This document shows, one piece after another, positions 16,722 to 26,926 of a stretch of 64,000 nt of DNA; the first letter of the stretch is position 1, and each line of letters starts with the position of its first letter. Source of the DNA: Dehalococcoidia bacterium (GTDB lineage Bacteria > Chloroflexota > Dehalococcoidia > Lucifugimonadales > UBA3495). The notes beneath the pieces are model-generated. The model saw only the letters and a program-made list of their open reading frames with translations, made no database searches and had not been told where the DNA came from. The DNA is taken from contig OZ220464.1 of assembly GCA_965115825.1 (NCBI GenBank), positions 2,901,945 through 2,965,944 of the forward strand, given 5' to 3'. A program made the translations under genes and the position numbers.

Positions 16722-19202
16722 TCATCTGTCGCTCCGCTCCCTCACCCCATGAGTTTTCGCCCACAGCGCTTTGCCGTCGCTGACGTACTCAATGGTTCCG
16801 TCGCGGGCCGTGAGGAAAACCTGATGGGCGCCAACCGAGGATTCCAGCCTTTCCATAACGTCCGGATGGGGATGGCCAAAGCGATTGTCGCGGCCGGCCG
16901 AAACCGCCGCGCTGCGGGGGCCGACGCCGGCCAGAAACTCCGGCGTGGTGGACGTGCGGCTGCCGTGGTGGGATGCCTTCAGTACGTCGGCGCGAATCTT
17001 GTCGCCGGCGGTTGCCGCCAGACGGCGCTCGGCATCAGCCTCAATATCTCCGGTCAGCAGGAACGAGACGTCGCCATAGTCCAAGCGCATCACCGTGCTG
17101 GCGTCATTGGAGCTGCTGTGTTTGCCCGTCAGCGAGCTGCCAGCCGGAGGATGCAGTACTTCCAGGGTTACGTCTCTCCCCAGCGCTATGCTGTGTCCGG
17201 CGTGGACGGTTGCCGTGGGATGCCCATGACTGTCCAGCACTGCTTGCCATTGCGGATGCAGCGCAGCGTCGGATGTCTGCGCCGCGGTTTGCAGCACTAC
17301 GCCAGTGCGATAACGGGTCAGGACGCCGAGCAGGCCACCAACGTGGTCGCTGTCCAAGTGCGTGGCGGCGACCACGTCCAGCTTGCGATCGCCGGGTGGC
17401 AGCAAAGGGTCCAGAGCCGTCGTTATGCTCTGAGCATCGGGGCCGCCGTCCACCAGCATTTGGCGCCCGTCGGGGGTTATTATGAAAATTGCATCGCCCT
17501 GCCCTACGTCCAGCATATACACGTGGAGCAGTCCGTCCGCTTTCGCGCCGGTCAGCTGTCCGACGAGCAGCAGGATTACAATGGCCGCGACCGGAATTCC
17601 CCCGAACAGCAGCGCCGACAAACCTCCCGGACGCCAACGGGGACGCCGCCGCAATCCGGCGATGGCCAGGCGCATCCGCCGGGATGACGCCAGCGCCGCC
17701 AGCAGCGCCAACCCGCCCAGCCATGCCGCCATCACCTCCGGAGTTAGCCAGGGCGCGGATAGCAGCAGCGGCGGCATAACGTCAGCCACCCACGTGAGCC
17801 AGGCCAGCGGCGCCCAGGCTAACGTTCCCAGCGCAACCGCCGTCAGCATGGCCAGCTGTCCCGCCAGAGCCGTCGCCGCTGCTCCCAGCAACGCGGCCGG
17901 CATGGCCGGCATCGCCAGCACTGTAGCCGGCACGCTCATCAGCGGAATCTCGCCGAAGTGCCAGGCAGTCAGCGGCAGCGTTGCCAGCGTGGTGGTGGTG
18001 GAAACTACTACCGACGCAATCAGCAGCGACAACGCATACTGACCCCATCGGGCCGGCCAGGAGACGGATGCGGACAAGGGAGAGGTCACGGTTGCGGTCA
18101 GCGCGGCAATCATGGGCAGGGCTAGTATCACGCCGGCCATAGCCGTAAAACTGAGCTGGAAGGACAGGCCCGACAACAGCGACGGGTCGATGCCTACCAT
18201 CAGCGCGGCGGCCAGCAGCAGCGCGGTCAAGCCGCGCATCCCTCTCCCCAGCAGCCCCTGCGCTAGAAATAGGCTGCCCATAATGGCGGCCCGGGTCACC
18301 GGCGGGTCAAGCCCGGAGAGGGTAGCGTAGGCCCATATCACCAACAAAGACGCCGCGATGGCAACGGGATGGTTCCGCCCGACTACCGCGGTCGCAGCCC
18401 CCAGCGTCAACGCCATCACAATGCCTACGTGCAGGCCGGAAATCGCCAGCAGATGCGACATTCCCGCATCGCGGAAGGACTCCTTCACCTCGTGAGGCAG
18501 TTCGGTACGGATGCCCAACAGAAGCGCTTGCGCCAACCCCGACTGGGGCGCCGGTATGCCTTTGCCAATGGCCTCCGCCAGCTCGGTTCGGACGCGATGC
18601 AGCGCTGCCATCGCTTTCCAGCCGTCGCCGGTTGAGATTGACTCGACGCGGCGCGCCCACATTACGCCCGCGATTTGCTGGGACTCCAGCCAGGCGGCAT
18701 AGTCGAAATCGCCGATAGGCTGGGGCCGCTCCAGGCTGCCGGACAGTCGCAAGGTATCGCCGTAGCGCAGAAACGGCCGGTCGCGTTGGGAAACCAGCAC
18801 ATCCGGCGGCAAGGCGTGAACCAGCAGGTTGGTTCCGGAGGGGACGTGGCCCGGCCCCTCAGCGGAGTCGGATATTACCTGAGCCCGAAAACGGTAACGG
18901 CCGCCGGAGGGCGCCGGAGCGTCCGTAATCTGCACGGTTGCGTTGACTTCGGAGCCGGTAGGAATCGTCGGCAACGCCGGCGGATGAGCCGCCTCGGCGC
19001 GCCAGAGTCCGAAAAGCAGGGCCACGGCTACCAGCACGGGGCCGGCCGGCACTCGCGACAGTCGCAGGACTACGGCAATCGCTATCGCCGCCAGCATCAG
19101 CAGCAACAGAGGGCGGGCAGAGGCCAGCGGCGTGTCCAGCCACAGGCCAAGGCCGACGCCGGCGACCAGAGCCGCCAGAGCCAGGTCCGGGAACAGCCGC
19201 AT
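16722..19202 (-). CDS. comEC: DNA internalisation competence protein ComEC/Rec2 (with metallo-beta-lactamase domain)
   Basis: Polytopic membrane protein with a C-terminal MBL motif region (DVGQGDAIFI..., ATHLDSDHVGG, ASHHGS). Confidence 0.88.
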   Translation of the reverse strand: MRLFPDLALAALVAGVGLGLWLDTPLASARPLLLLMLAAIAIAVVLRLSRVPAGPVLVAVALLFGLWRAEAAHPPALPTIPTGSEVNATVQITDAPAPSGGRYRFRAQVISDSAEGPGHVPSGTNLLVHALPPDVLVSQRDRPFLRYGDTLRLSGSLERPQPIGDFDYAAWLESQQIAGVMWARRVESISTGDGWKAMAALHRVRTELAEAIGKGIPAPQSGLAQALLLGIRTELPHEVKESFRDAGMSHLLAISGLHVGIVMALTLGAATAVVGRNHPVAIAASLLVIWAYATLSGLDPPVTRAAIMGSLFLAQGLLGRGMRGLTALLLAAALMVGIDPSLLSGLSFQLSFTAMAGVILALPMIAALTATVTSPLSASVSWPARWGQYALSLLIASVVVSTTTTLATLPLTAWHFGEIPLMSVPATVLAMPAMPAALLGAAATALAGQLAMLTAVALGTLAWAPLAWLTWVADVMPPLLLSAPWLTPEVMAAWLGGLALLAALASSRRMRLAIAGLRRRPRWRPGGLSALLFGGIPVAAIVILLLVGQLTGAKADGLLHVYMLDVGQGDAIFIITPDGRQMLVDGGPDAQSITTALDPLLPPGDRKLDVVAATHLDSDHVGGLLGVLTRYRTGVVLQTAAQTSDAALHPQWQAVLDSHGHPTATVHAGHSIALGRDVTLEVLHPPAGSSLTGKHSSSNDASTVMRLDYGDVSFLLTGDIEADAERRLAATAGDKIRADVLKASHHGSRTSTTPEFLAGVGPRSAAVSAGRDNRFGHPHPDVMERLESSVGAHQVFLTARDGTIEYVSDGKALWAKTHGVRERSDR

Positions 19203-19212
19203 TGGGCAGACT

Positions 19213-19947
19213 TTAGCGAGGGCTGACGGTAATCAGGTCAGCAATCTTTTGGTACGTGCCGCTGCCGATGCCGGACACGTCCGTGATGCTGTCGATGGAG
19301 ACGAAAGGCCCGACCTCCTCGCGGTGCCTTACGATGGCATCAGCCCGGACGGCTCCGATGCCGGGCAGCGTGTCGAGACATTCGGCGGTTGCCGTGTTGA
19401 TGTCCAACGGGGCGGCGCAGAGGACGGCGGTAGGTTCGGCGGGTTCCTCCGCAACAGGATTATCGGCGTATGGCGCGGAGTTTACCGGGCTGTCGTCCGT
19501 ATCGTCGGTGGAGGGAATCCGGTAGTGGGCAGCGTCGGTTACATAGACGGCCAGATTGATGCGGTTCAGATCGGCGTGCTGAGTGGGGCCGCCGGCCATT
19601 TTCAGTACGGCGTCAAGACGCTGGTCGGCGGTGGTAACATAGACGCCGGGATTGACCACCGCGCCGGTGATGTACACGGTGATTTCGTCGGGCGGCTCGG
19701 TCGGTCGGGGGCCGGCAGCGGCAGTGTTGGCGGGTGTGTCGACGTCGGCGGGTTCGGCAGTAGAGGATTCGGCGACGGGCGGGATGATGTGAACCGCTCC
19801 GTCAGCCACGATCTCGGCGTCCGAGGCTGCTCCGCTGTCGTTCCCCCAAATCATCCAGGCGGCCAGAGACAAAATGACAACGGCGAGCAACCCCGAAATC
19901 GCTGTTGCCAGAAAACGGCCGGATTTGATGAATGCCATGATAGCCAC
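19213..19947 (-). CDS. comEA: ComEA-type helix-hairpin-helix DNA-binding competence protein
   Basis: N-terminal TM segment, SLBB-like segment (VYITGAVVNPGVY) and C-terminal HhH (INTATAECLDTLPGIGAVRADAIVRHRE..GPF). Lies directly upstream of comEC. Confidence 0.85.
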   Translation of the reverse strand: MAIMAFIKSGRFLATAISGLLAVVILSLAAWMIWGNDSGAASDAEIVADGAVHIIPPVAESSTAEPADVDTPANTAAAGPRPTEPPDEITVYITGAVVNPGVYVTTADQRLDAVLKMAGGPTQHADLNRINLAVYVTDAAHYRIPSTDDTDDSPVNSAPYADNPVAEEPAEPTAVLCAAPLDINTATAECLDTLPGIGAVRADAIVRHREEVGPFVSIDSITDVSGIGSGTYQKIADLITVSPR

Positions 19948-20175
19948 CCTTTGCGCGGCGCATCATAGCGCGGGATGTCGCCAGCGGGATAGAGTTTCGC
20001 GGATTTTAGATAATTTTCGTAGAATAGGCAATCATCGCCGCGCCTTAGCTGTCGCGTGCAAAAGTCCTTTGCACGCGTAACAAGGGCAGCCGACAATGTG
20101 TGCCTGAGCTACGGCCCAGGCCCCTCAAACGCTAATTGCAATACGCTGCTAATTAACAGGACACCGGAGGAAACA

Positions 20176-21048
20176 ATGGCCGATTTCAATACCGGCGAAG
20201 TAAGCGCCAATGGCATCGACTTTCACTACCTGGAGATGGGGGAAGGGCCCTTGGCGATATGCCTGCACGGTTTCCCTGACCACGCCTGGTCGTTCCGGCA
20301 TCTGCTGCCTGACCTGGCAGCGGGGGGATTACGGGCGGTGGCGCCCTTTATGCGAGGATACGCGCCCACCTCGGCGCCGGCGGATGGCCGGTATCACTCG
20401 GCGCTGCTGGCTCGGGACGCGGTGGATCTCATCGGCGCGCTGGGTGCGGAGCAGGCGTATCTCATTGGCAACGACTGGGGCGCCGGAGCCGTGGTTGGCG
20501 CTGCCGCGCTGGCGCCGGAACGGGTCATGAAGCTGGTTACCATCGCAGCAGGGCGGGTCGACCGGGAGTTGAGCCTGGACTTTCACTACCTGCAAGGCAC
20601 CTGGCACGGCTTCTTTTTCCAATTGCCCAACGCCGAGGAAGCAGTGGCGCACAACGATTTTGCGTTTGTAGAAGACTGGTGGCGCTGGGCGTCGCCGGAG
20701 TGGGACATACCGGCGGCGGCGCTGGAAAGCATCCGGTCAACGTTCCGCAAGCCGGGCGTCGTTACGGCGGCCCTGGGCTACTATCGGGCACGCTACGACG
20801 CCGCACAGGTGGATGACGCCGTGCGGGCCGACCAGGCGCGGATTGAGGCCGGCCCCGTCACCGTGCCGACGCTGGCGCTGCACGGCACGCGGGATCGTCC
20901 CAAGCGGTTGGAGTCCTTTGAAAGCGCAGCAATGGACGCCTATTTCACCGGCGGGTTGGAGAAAGTGATTATCCCCGGCGCCGGGCACTTCATGCACCAG
21001 GAGAGGCCGGAGGAAGTGAACCCGCTGATTGTGGGATTTTTGCGCTAA
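20176..21048 (+). CDS. Alpha/beta hydrolase (epoxide hydrolase/haloalkane dehalogenase-like)
   Basis: HGFPD...W motif, NDWGA nucleophile region, C-terminal GHFMHQERPEE. GGAGG SD before ATG 20176. Confidence 0.8.
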   Translation: MADFNTGEVSANGIDFHYLEMGEGPLAICLHGFPDHAWSFRHLLPDLAAGGLRAVAPFMRGYAPTSAPADGRYHSALLARDAVDLIGALGAEQAYLIGNDWGAGAVVGAAALAPERVMKLVTIAAGRVDRELSLDFHYLQGTWHGFFFQLPNAEEAVAHNDFAFVEDWWRWASPEWDIPAAALESIRSTFRKPGVVTAALGYYRARYDAAQVDDAVRADQARIEAGPVTVPTLALHGTRDRPKRLESFESAAMDAYFTGGLEKVIIPGAGHFMHQERPEEVNPLIVGFLR

Positions 21049-22193
21049 GTACGGAAGGGTCGGAAGAACTCGCGGATTTCGTGAGCCAGCAGCTCCGGCT
21101 CTTCAAGGGCGGCGAAGTGGCCGCCGCGGGGCATTTCCTGCCAGCGGCGCACGTCGTAGGAGCGCTCGGCCCACTCTCGGGGCGGCCTGGCGATTTCCTG
21201 GGGGAAAATGGCCATGCCGGCCGGCGTCGGAACTTTCTCGTTTTGTTGCATCACCCACAGGCTGCTCTGGTTTTCCTTGTACATACGCACTGATGAGCCG
21301 ATGGTCTGCGTAACCCAATAGATGGTTACAGTGGTGAGCAGTTCATCCTTGGTATAGCGGCTTTCAACGTCGCCGTTGCAATCGCTCCAGGTGCGGTACT
21401 TTTCCACAATCCAGGCGGCCAGGCCGGCAGGAGAGTCGTTGAGGCCGTAGGAGAGGGTTTGCGGCTTGGTGCCTTGGATATGGCTGTAACCGCCTTCACC
21501 CTGCTGCCAGCGTTCGCGCTGGCCGGAGTGGGCCTGTTCGGCATCGGTGAGGGCGCGCGAGCCGGGGCCGAGGTAAGGAGTGGGGCGGGTGATGGACGTG
21601 AGATGTATGCCAATCATTTTGTCAGGGTGGGCGTAGCCGAGGCGGGCGGTTACGCCGGCGCCGATGTCGCCGCCCTGGGCCGCGAATTTGGAGTAGCCCA
21701 GGTTCTCCGTCATCAGCTTGGCCCACAGATCGGCGACTCGCTGCACTTGCATACCCGGTTCCTGAGCGGCCTGTGAGAAGCCAAAGCCGGGAAGGGAAGG
21801 AGCTACCACGTCGAAGGAATCAGCCGGGTCAGCGCCGTGGCGAGCGGGGTCGGCCAGCAGCGGGATTATTTTGGTCATCTCGAAGAAAGAGCTGGGCCAA
21901 CCGTGGGTTATTACCAGGGGCATGGCGTTGGGGCCGGCGCCTTTTTCCAGGATGAAGTGGACGCTCAACCCGTCCACTGTGGACTGGTAGTGATTGAAAG
22001 CGTTAAGTTTCCGTTCCTGAGCCCGCCAATCGAAACCGGTGCGCCAGTACTCGCAGAGCTCCTTGATGTAATCCAGGTTGGAACCGTAGTCCCAGCCGAC
22101 CCCGGGCATTTCGTCAGGCCAGCGGGTCTGACCCAAGCGGTGACGGAGGTCATCCAGCACGGCGTCGCTGACGGCTATTTCAAAAGGCTGCAT
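21045..22193 (-). CDS. Epoxide hydrolase with N-terminal EHN domain (microsomal type)
   Basis: MQPFEIAVSDAVLDDLRHRL..TRWPDE..W.YG (EHN domain), HGWPSSF, GGDIGA. ATG 22193 preferred over the upstream ORF extension. Confidence 0.8.
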   Translation of the reverse strand: MQPFEIAVSDAVLDDLRHRLGQTRWPDEMPGVGWDYGSNLDYIKELCEYWRTGFDWRAQERKLNAFNHYQSTVDGLSVHFILEKGAGPNAMPLVITHGWPSSFFEMTKIIPLLADPARHGADPADSFDVVAPSLPGFGFSQAAQEPGMQVQRVADLWAKLMTENLGYSKFAAQGGDIGAGVTARLGYAHPDKMIGIHLTSITRPTPYLGPGSRALTDAEQAHSGQRERWQQGEGGYSHIQGTKPQTLSYGLNDSPAGLAAWIVEKYRTWSDCNGDVESRYTKDELLTTVTIYWVTQTIGSSVRMYKENQSSLWVMQQNEKVPTPAGMAIFPQEIARPPREWAERSYDVRRWQEMPRGGHFAALEEPELLAHEIREFFRPFRT

Positions 22194-22522
22194 AAGGTTC
22201 TGCTCTCCGTTTTGGCGGCAACTGCTTTGGCTATACGGGATTATAGCCGAAAATTGCCGGCGCGTTGACAACAGGGGCTTTCGCCGGAACGACGGGGTGG
22301 GGTTGTTGCGTTTGAGGGAGAGTGCGGGCAGCGGGTAGGCGGCGATGGGGTTCGGTGATAAAATCGGGGGCATTCACGGAGCTTCTTCCGCTGTGGGGTT
22401 CGTTTGACTAACCACGGTATGAGGAAGGCCCGTGATATTTTCAGGATTATCTCAAACCGGCGCCATCGGTTGGCAGCGGAACCATAGCGAAGTCATTGCC
22501 GGACAGCTCGGTGTACGATGGT

Positions 22523-23587
22523 ATGAAACTGCATATTGCTACTCCATTGTGGACACGCCGCGCCCTGGGCCGGCTGCGTTCGGTTTCGCTTCTTTTGGTG
22601 GTGCTGGGATTGTGGTTAACGGCGACGGGCTGCTTCGTCGGCGGCTGGTTCGGAGGCGGCGCGCTGCCTTCCGTCGCCTACGTGACCGGCGACGGAGATA
22701 ACGCGCAAGTGTGGATAAGCCGGCCTGACGGAGGTGAGCCGGTCAGAATATCTTCCACCAACGGGCTCGCCCGTTTCCCGAAATGGTCTCCCGAGCAGCG
22801 TTACCTGGCCTGGGTTGCCGGCGGAGACGTACCTCTTTTGATGGTGTATGACGCTGAAGCCGAGGAGACGAAACTCCTGGCCACCGGCATTGACGAGACC
22901 CAGCCGCCGGTCTGGGCGCCGGAGGGCAGCCGGGTAGCATTCGTGTCCGATGCGGACGGTTCTCCCGACGTGTACATGGCTGATCTGGCTACAAGCCGGG
23001 CGACCCGGCTCACGTTCAGCGAGGAGCGAGAAAGGGTGGGCGACTGGTCTCCCGATGCGCAGTGGCTGGTCTTTACTGAAGACGGGTGGGATGGCCTGCT
23101 GCTGCGCAACCCCACCGGCGTCAATCGGATTGAGCTCACCGATGGGGCGGACAGCAACCCGGTATGGTCGCCCAAAGGCGACCGAATTGCGTTCCAACGC
23201 GAAACGGAAAGAGGGTACGACATCTACGTCCTGCGTCCTACCAGATCGGATAACTGGGCGGACGATACTGACGAAATGGCGGTTTCCAACGATGAGTACG
23301 ACGAGCTGGCGCCGGTCTGGTCTGCCGACGGCCGCCGTATTGCTTTCGTCGTAGAGTTCGACGACCAGTCGGACATCTTTACCGTACTGACCGACGGTTC
23401 CGAGCGCCAGCAGTTGACCTATAACACTGTCGACGACCTGATGCCGGTCTGGGCCGGGCACGGCGACAAGATAGCCTTCGTCTCTTTCGCTTACGGGAAC
23501 CCCGAGATCCTCTATATGAACCGGGACGGCACGGAACAGAAGCGTCTCACCACCAACGCGCAGCCGGACACCCACCCCGACTGGTAG
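22523..23587 (+). CDS. TolB-like PD40 beta-propeller protein, probable lipoprotein
   Basis: Signal peptide ending ..LTATGC, with repeated 'P.WSPDG..IAF' PD40 blades. Confidence 0.8.
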   Translation: MKLHIATPLWTRRALGRLRSVSLLLVVLGLWLTATGCFVGGWFGGGALPSVAYVTGDGDNAQVWISRPDGGEPVRISSTNGLARFPKWSPEQRYLAWVAGGDVPLLMVYDAEAEETKLLATGIDETQPPVWAPEGSRVAFVSDADGSPDVYMADLATSRATRLTFSEERERVGDWSPDAQWLVFTEDGWDGLLLRNPTGVNRIELTDGADSNPVWSPKGDRIAFQRETERGYDIYVLRPTRSDNWADDTDEMAVSNDEYDELAPVWSADGRRIAFVVEFDDQSDIFTVLTDGSERQQLTYNTVDDLMPVWAGHGDKIAFVSFAYGNPEILYMNRDGTEQKRLTTNAQPDTHPDW

Positions 23588-23625
23588 GAGCTTCCCGGCA
23601 ATCGTTAGCGCCACTACTGGACTTT

Positions 23626-24240
23626 ATGACAGATATGACCGGCCGGGTTCCGGATATTAACCCTGTGGACGCGGCGCCGCTGTTGAGCGGCCTCAGCGCG
23701 CCCTTGGCCGCCATCTCCACCCGCTCCGGGGATGCAGCCAATGCGCAGATTGCCGTGGCGATAACCGGCGCATCCATAGTCCTGCGCCGACCCAGGCTAA
23801 TCGTGCAGATTTACCGCACCAACTACACGCATGACCTTATCGCCGCCAGCGGTGTCCTGGCCGTCAATTTCCTCAATGGCAGCCAATTGCCCCTCATCTG
23901 GCAGTTGGGTATGCGCTCTGGCCGCGACCGGGACAAGCTGGCGGAGGTCGGCTATTCGGCCGGCGTAACGGGCTGTCCGCTACTGGAGGGCAGTTTCGGT
24001 TATTTGGACTGTCAAGTAGTCAATGCCATGGATGGGGGCGACATGACCGCATTTCTGGTTGAGGTTCTGGCCGCCCAGACCAACGGTGGGGAGCGTATGA
24101 CCTGGCGAGAAGCGCGCCCGCGGCTGCCCCAACGCTGGGCCGATGAATGGGACCGGAAAATAGCGGGCGAGATGGACGTATCGCTGGCCAGCATGGGACG
24201 GATTGACCCGTCGGCATGGGCCGCCCCACCGGATGCATAG
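23626..24240 (+). CDS. Flavin reductase-like FMN-binding split-barrel protein
   Basis: Flavin_Reduct-type pattern (LAVNFL..., GYLDCQVVNAMDGGDMTAFLVEV). Confidence 0.65.
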   Translation: MTDMTGRVPDINPVDAAPLLSGLSAPLAAISTRSGDAANAQIAVAITGASIVLRRPRLIVQIYRTNYTHDLIAASGVLAVNFLNGSQLPLIWQLGMRSGRDRDKLAEVGYSAGVTGCPLLEGSFGYLDCQVVNAMDGGDMTAFLVEVLAAQTNGGERMTWREARPRLPQRWADEWDRKIAGEMDVSLASMGRIDPSAWAAPPDA

Positions 24241-24273
24241 CTGCGGTAGGGTCAAAAATGTTACAATCCTCTT

Positions 24274-25449
24274 ATGAGCGGTCATCCCATTGACACGGTA
24301 ATGGACGATGCCATCGCCGGCGTCGTCGCCAGGATTCATGATATGCCGCAGCAGGCGGTCATAGCGGCTGCCGGAGCCGGCAATTACGCGCTGGCCTGGC
24401 TGCTGGGAGTTGGCGGCGCATCCCGAACCGTGCTGGAAACGCGGGCGCCGTATGGCTACCTGGCGATGACCGATTTTCTGGGGGGATACGCTCCCCAGCA
24501 AACCGTTGCGGCGGATACGGCCCGCCGTATGGCCCGCTCCGCATGGCAGCGAGGCCGAGCCTTGCGTGAGGGCGACGCGCCCATCGTCGGCCTGGGCTGC
24601 ACCGCCACCATCGCTACCGACCGCGCCAAGCGAGGCGACCATCGGGCATATATCGCCGCTTGGGATGATGACGGCGTAACCACCGATGCCATCATCTTGG
24701 AGAAAGGGCTGCGGGAGCGGGCCGGCGAAGAGGATGTGGTGAGCCGTTTAGTCATCGCCGCCCTGGCCCGAGCCTGCGACGTGGACGCTGAGCTTGACCT
24801 GCGGCTCGCTCCATCGGAACGTTTGACTACCGAAACCGGACGGCACGCCGACCCCATCCGGCGGCTGCTGGGCGGCGATGTCCGCTGGGTTACGGTTCAT
24901 CCCGACGGCGCGACGGTCGTTGAGGGAGACGCGCCCCGGGCCTTGTTGCCCGGCTCCTTCAATCCGCTGCACCAGGGACACGTTGAGCTGGCTGCCGCTG
25001 CCGGCAAGGCATTGGGAACGCCGACAGCATATGAACTGTCGGTATTGAATGTGGACAAACCGCCGTTGACGGCGGACGAAGTACGGCGTCGGGTTGCGCA
25101 ATTCCGCGGCGTCGGCGCGGTGATACTGACCGGAGCCGAAACGTTTTACAAGAAAGCGCAGCTGTTCCCCGACTGCGGCTTCGCCATCGGATGGGACACG
25201 GCGGCGCGCTTGATTGAGCCGCGCTACTACGGAGGTTCCGAGACTACGATGCTCACTGCGCTGGCGGAGATGTGGGCATCGGGCTGTCGCTTCGCCGTGG
25301 CCGGGCGTACTGATGACGGCGGCGTATTCCGCACGCTGGCGGAGGTGAACATCCCCGGCGGCTTTCATCCGCTGTTTGTAGCTATCCCCGAAAGAGACTT
25401 CCGGTCCGAGGTGTCGTCAACCGCCATTCGTAGGGGAGGGGGCCAGTAA
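24274..25449 (+). CDS. Fusion of a CinA-C/PncC-like domain and a cytidylyltransferase-like (NadD/NMNAT-type) domain
   Basis: N-terminal half AAGAGNYALAWLLGVGGASR...GLGCTATIATD. C-terminal half has a GSFNPLHQGH (HxGH) nucleotidyltransferase motif. Confidence 0.5.
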   Translation: MSGHPIDTVMDDAIAGVVARIHDMPQQAVIAAAGAGNYALAWLLGVGGASRTVLETRAPYGYLAMTDFLGGYAPQQTVAADTARRMARSAWQRGRALREGDAPIVGLGCTATIATDRAKRGDHRAYIAAWDDDGVTTDAIILEKGLRERAGEEDVVSRLVIAALARACDVDAELDLRLAPSERLTTETGRHADPIRRLLGGDVRWVTVHPDGATVVEGDAPRALLPGSFNPLHQGHVELAAAAGKALGTPTAYELSVLNVDKPPLTADEVRRRVAQFRGVGAVILTGAETFYKKAQLFPDCGFAIGWDTAARLIEPRYYGGSETTMLTALAEMWASGCRFAVAGRTDDGGVFRTLAEVNIPGGFHPLFVAIPERDFRSEVSSTAIRRGGGQ

Positions 25450-25524
25450 CTTACGGGGCGGCACACCAACGGCTACCCTCGGGATATAAGCTATGGTAAG
25501 ATTGTATCGCGCTGCTGAATCCCT

Positions 25525-25639
25525 ATGAAAGCGACGGAACATTTCGTCGATAAGACGCTGCGTGAACGAACTTGAAGATGGCGAAACAGTTCACACTGCG
25601 TTCATCGACGGCCGATTCTCTCGGCGAGGTGCATCATGA
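25525..25639 (+). pseudogene. Possible remnant of a DUF4258-like toxin gene upstream of DUF2283
   Basis: 16-codon ORF MKATEHFVDKTLRERT* followed in another frame by ..NELEDGETVHTAFIDGR..*. Its stop overlaps the DUF2283 start (ATGA at 25636). Far too short for an intact gene. Confidence 0.25.
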
Positions 25640-25875
25640 AATTCCATCATGACCCCGAAACGGACGCTCTGTACATCAATATCGGGGAAGGGCCGAGCGT
25701 GGAGACGCTGGAAGTCCTGAGCGGCTTCAACATCAACCTTAGCGCTTCCAGCGTGGTCATGACCCTTGAATTTGACCACCCGTCCCAATTGGCCAGTGAT
25801 TTAGGCGCCCTGGATGTAGAGGCGCTGCCGTTGCAGCCTGGCGGCTCCGCTCGCCATCTGTCCGACGCAGCATAG
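25636..25875 (+). CDS. DUF2283 domain protein (antitoxin-like)
   Basis: MKFHHDPETDALYINIGEG.. matches the typical DUF2283 'YD.E.DALYI' N-terminus. Confidence 0.7.
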   Translation: MKFHHDPETDALYINIGEGPSVETLEVLSGFNINLSASSVVMTLEFDHPSQLASDLGALDVEALPLQPGGSARHLSDAA

Positions 25876-25901
25876 GCTTCAGGCTATCGTATAAAGTCGT
25901 T

Positions 25902-26315
25902 ATGCTGGACTCCCTACTGCTCCAAACCTTCAACCCCGCCGTTTATGCCGGCAACTGGCTGGCGGTGGTTATTGCCGTCGTCATTGCGCTGGCGGCCGTC
26001 GGCGCCATGTTTGCGGGGTCGCAGCTGTTGTCGGCGCGCCGTCATTCAGCGGAGAAACTGACCACCTACGAGTGTGGCATTCCACCCACGCCCTTCGCGT
26101 GGTCCAACATCAACATCCGCTTCTACATCTTCGCCATCCTGTTTCTGATTTTCGACGTGGAAGCAGTGTTCCTGTTTCCGTGGGCGGTGGTGTTCATCAA
26201 GGAGCAAGCAGCAGGGAACCCAATACCTTTCTACGCGATGATGCTGTTCCTGGCGATGTTGTTCTTTGCGGTAATCTACGGCTGGCGCAAGGGGGTGCTG
26301 GATTGGCAGAAATAA
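25902..26315 (+). CDS. nuoA: NADH-quinone oxidoreductase subunit A
   Basis: 3-TM protein with YECGIPP and FDVE motifs; first gene of the nuo cluster. Confidence 0.9.
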   Translation: MLDSLLLQTFNPAVYAGNWLAVVIAVVIALAAVGAMFAGSQLLSARRHSAEKLTTYECGIPPTPFAWSNINIRFYIFAILFLIFDVEAVFLFPWAVVFIKEQAAGNPIPFYAMMLFLAMLFFAVIYGWRKGVLDWQK

Positions 26316-26353
26316 AGCTAGAGTCCGGGGACAACGCCGTATCCCCGCTGGCT

Positions 26354-26926
26354 ATGCCGCCCCGGCCTACTGAGGTAACGCTGGGTTCCGGGATAACGCT
26401 GGGTTCCGGCAACCGTCCCGGCCCCAGCCTGCTCAACCAGGCTGCCGACGGTCGGGTTCCCGGCGTCATCACGGCCACTACCGAGCAGCTGTTTGCCATG
26501 GCGCGCAAGTCGTCCCTCTGGACGCTGAGCTTTGGACTGGCCTGCTGCGCGATCGAGATGATTTCCACTTACATGGCCCACCATGACTTTGACCGTTTCG
26601 GCGTCGTAACCTGGCCTTCGCCCCGCCAGTCGGACGTGATGATTGTGGCCGGCACTGTGGTCAAGAAGATGGCCGAACCCATCCGTCTGTTGTACGAGCA
26701 GATGCCGGAGCCCAAGTGGGTTATCGCTATGGGCAGCTGCGCCACCAACGGCGGCCCTTATTATCGGTCGTACTCGGTGGTAATGGGCGTTGACCACATC
26801 ATACCCGTGGACGTGTATGTGCCGGGCTGCCCGCCGCGCCCGGAAGCTCTGCTGTACGGCATCTTGAAGTTGCAGGAAAAAATTATGGCGGACGCAGGAG
26901 AGCATGGCGCCGCGTCCCCGGACTAA
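26354..26926 (+). CDS. nuoB: NADH-quinone oxidoreductase subunit B
   Basis: [26 protein letters not shown] and [10 protein letters not shown] Fe-S motifs. Start uncertain (ATG 26354 chosen). The N-terminal extension contains the duplication [11 protein letters not shown]. Confidence 0.88.
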   Translation: MPPRPTEVTLGSGITLGSGNRPGPSLLNQAADGRVPGVITATTEQLFAMARKSSLWTLSFGLACCAIEMISTYMAHHDFDRFGVVTWPSPRQSDVMIVAGTVVKKMAEPIRLLYEQMPEPKWVIAMGSCATNGGPYYRSYSVVMGVDHIIPVDVYVPGCPPRPEALLYGILKLQEKIMADAGEHGAASPD

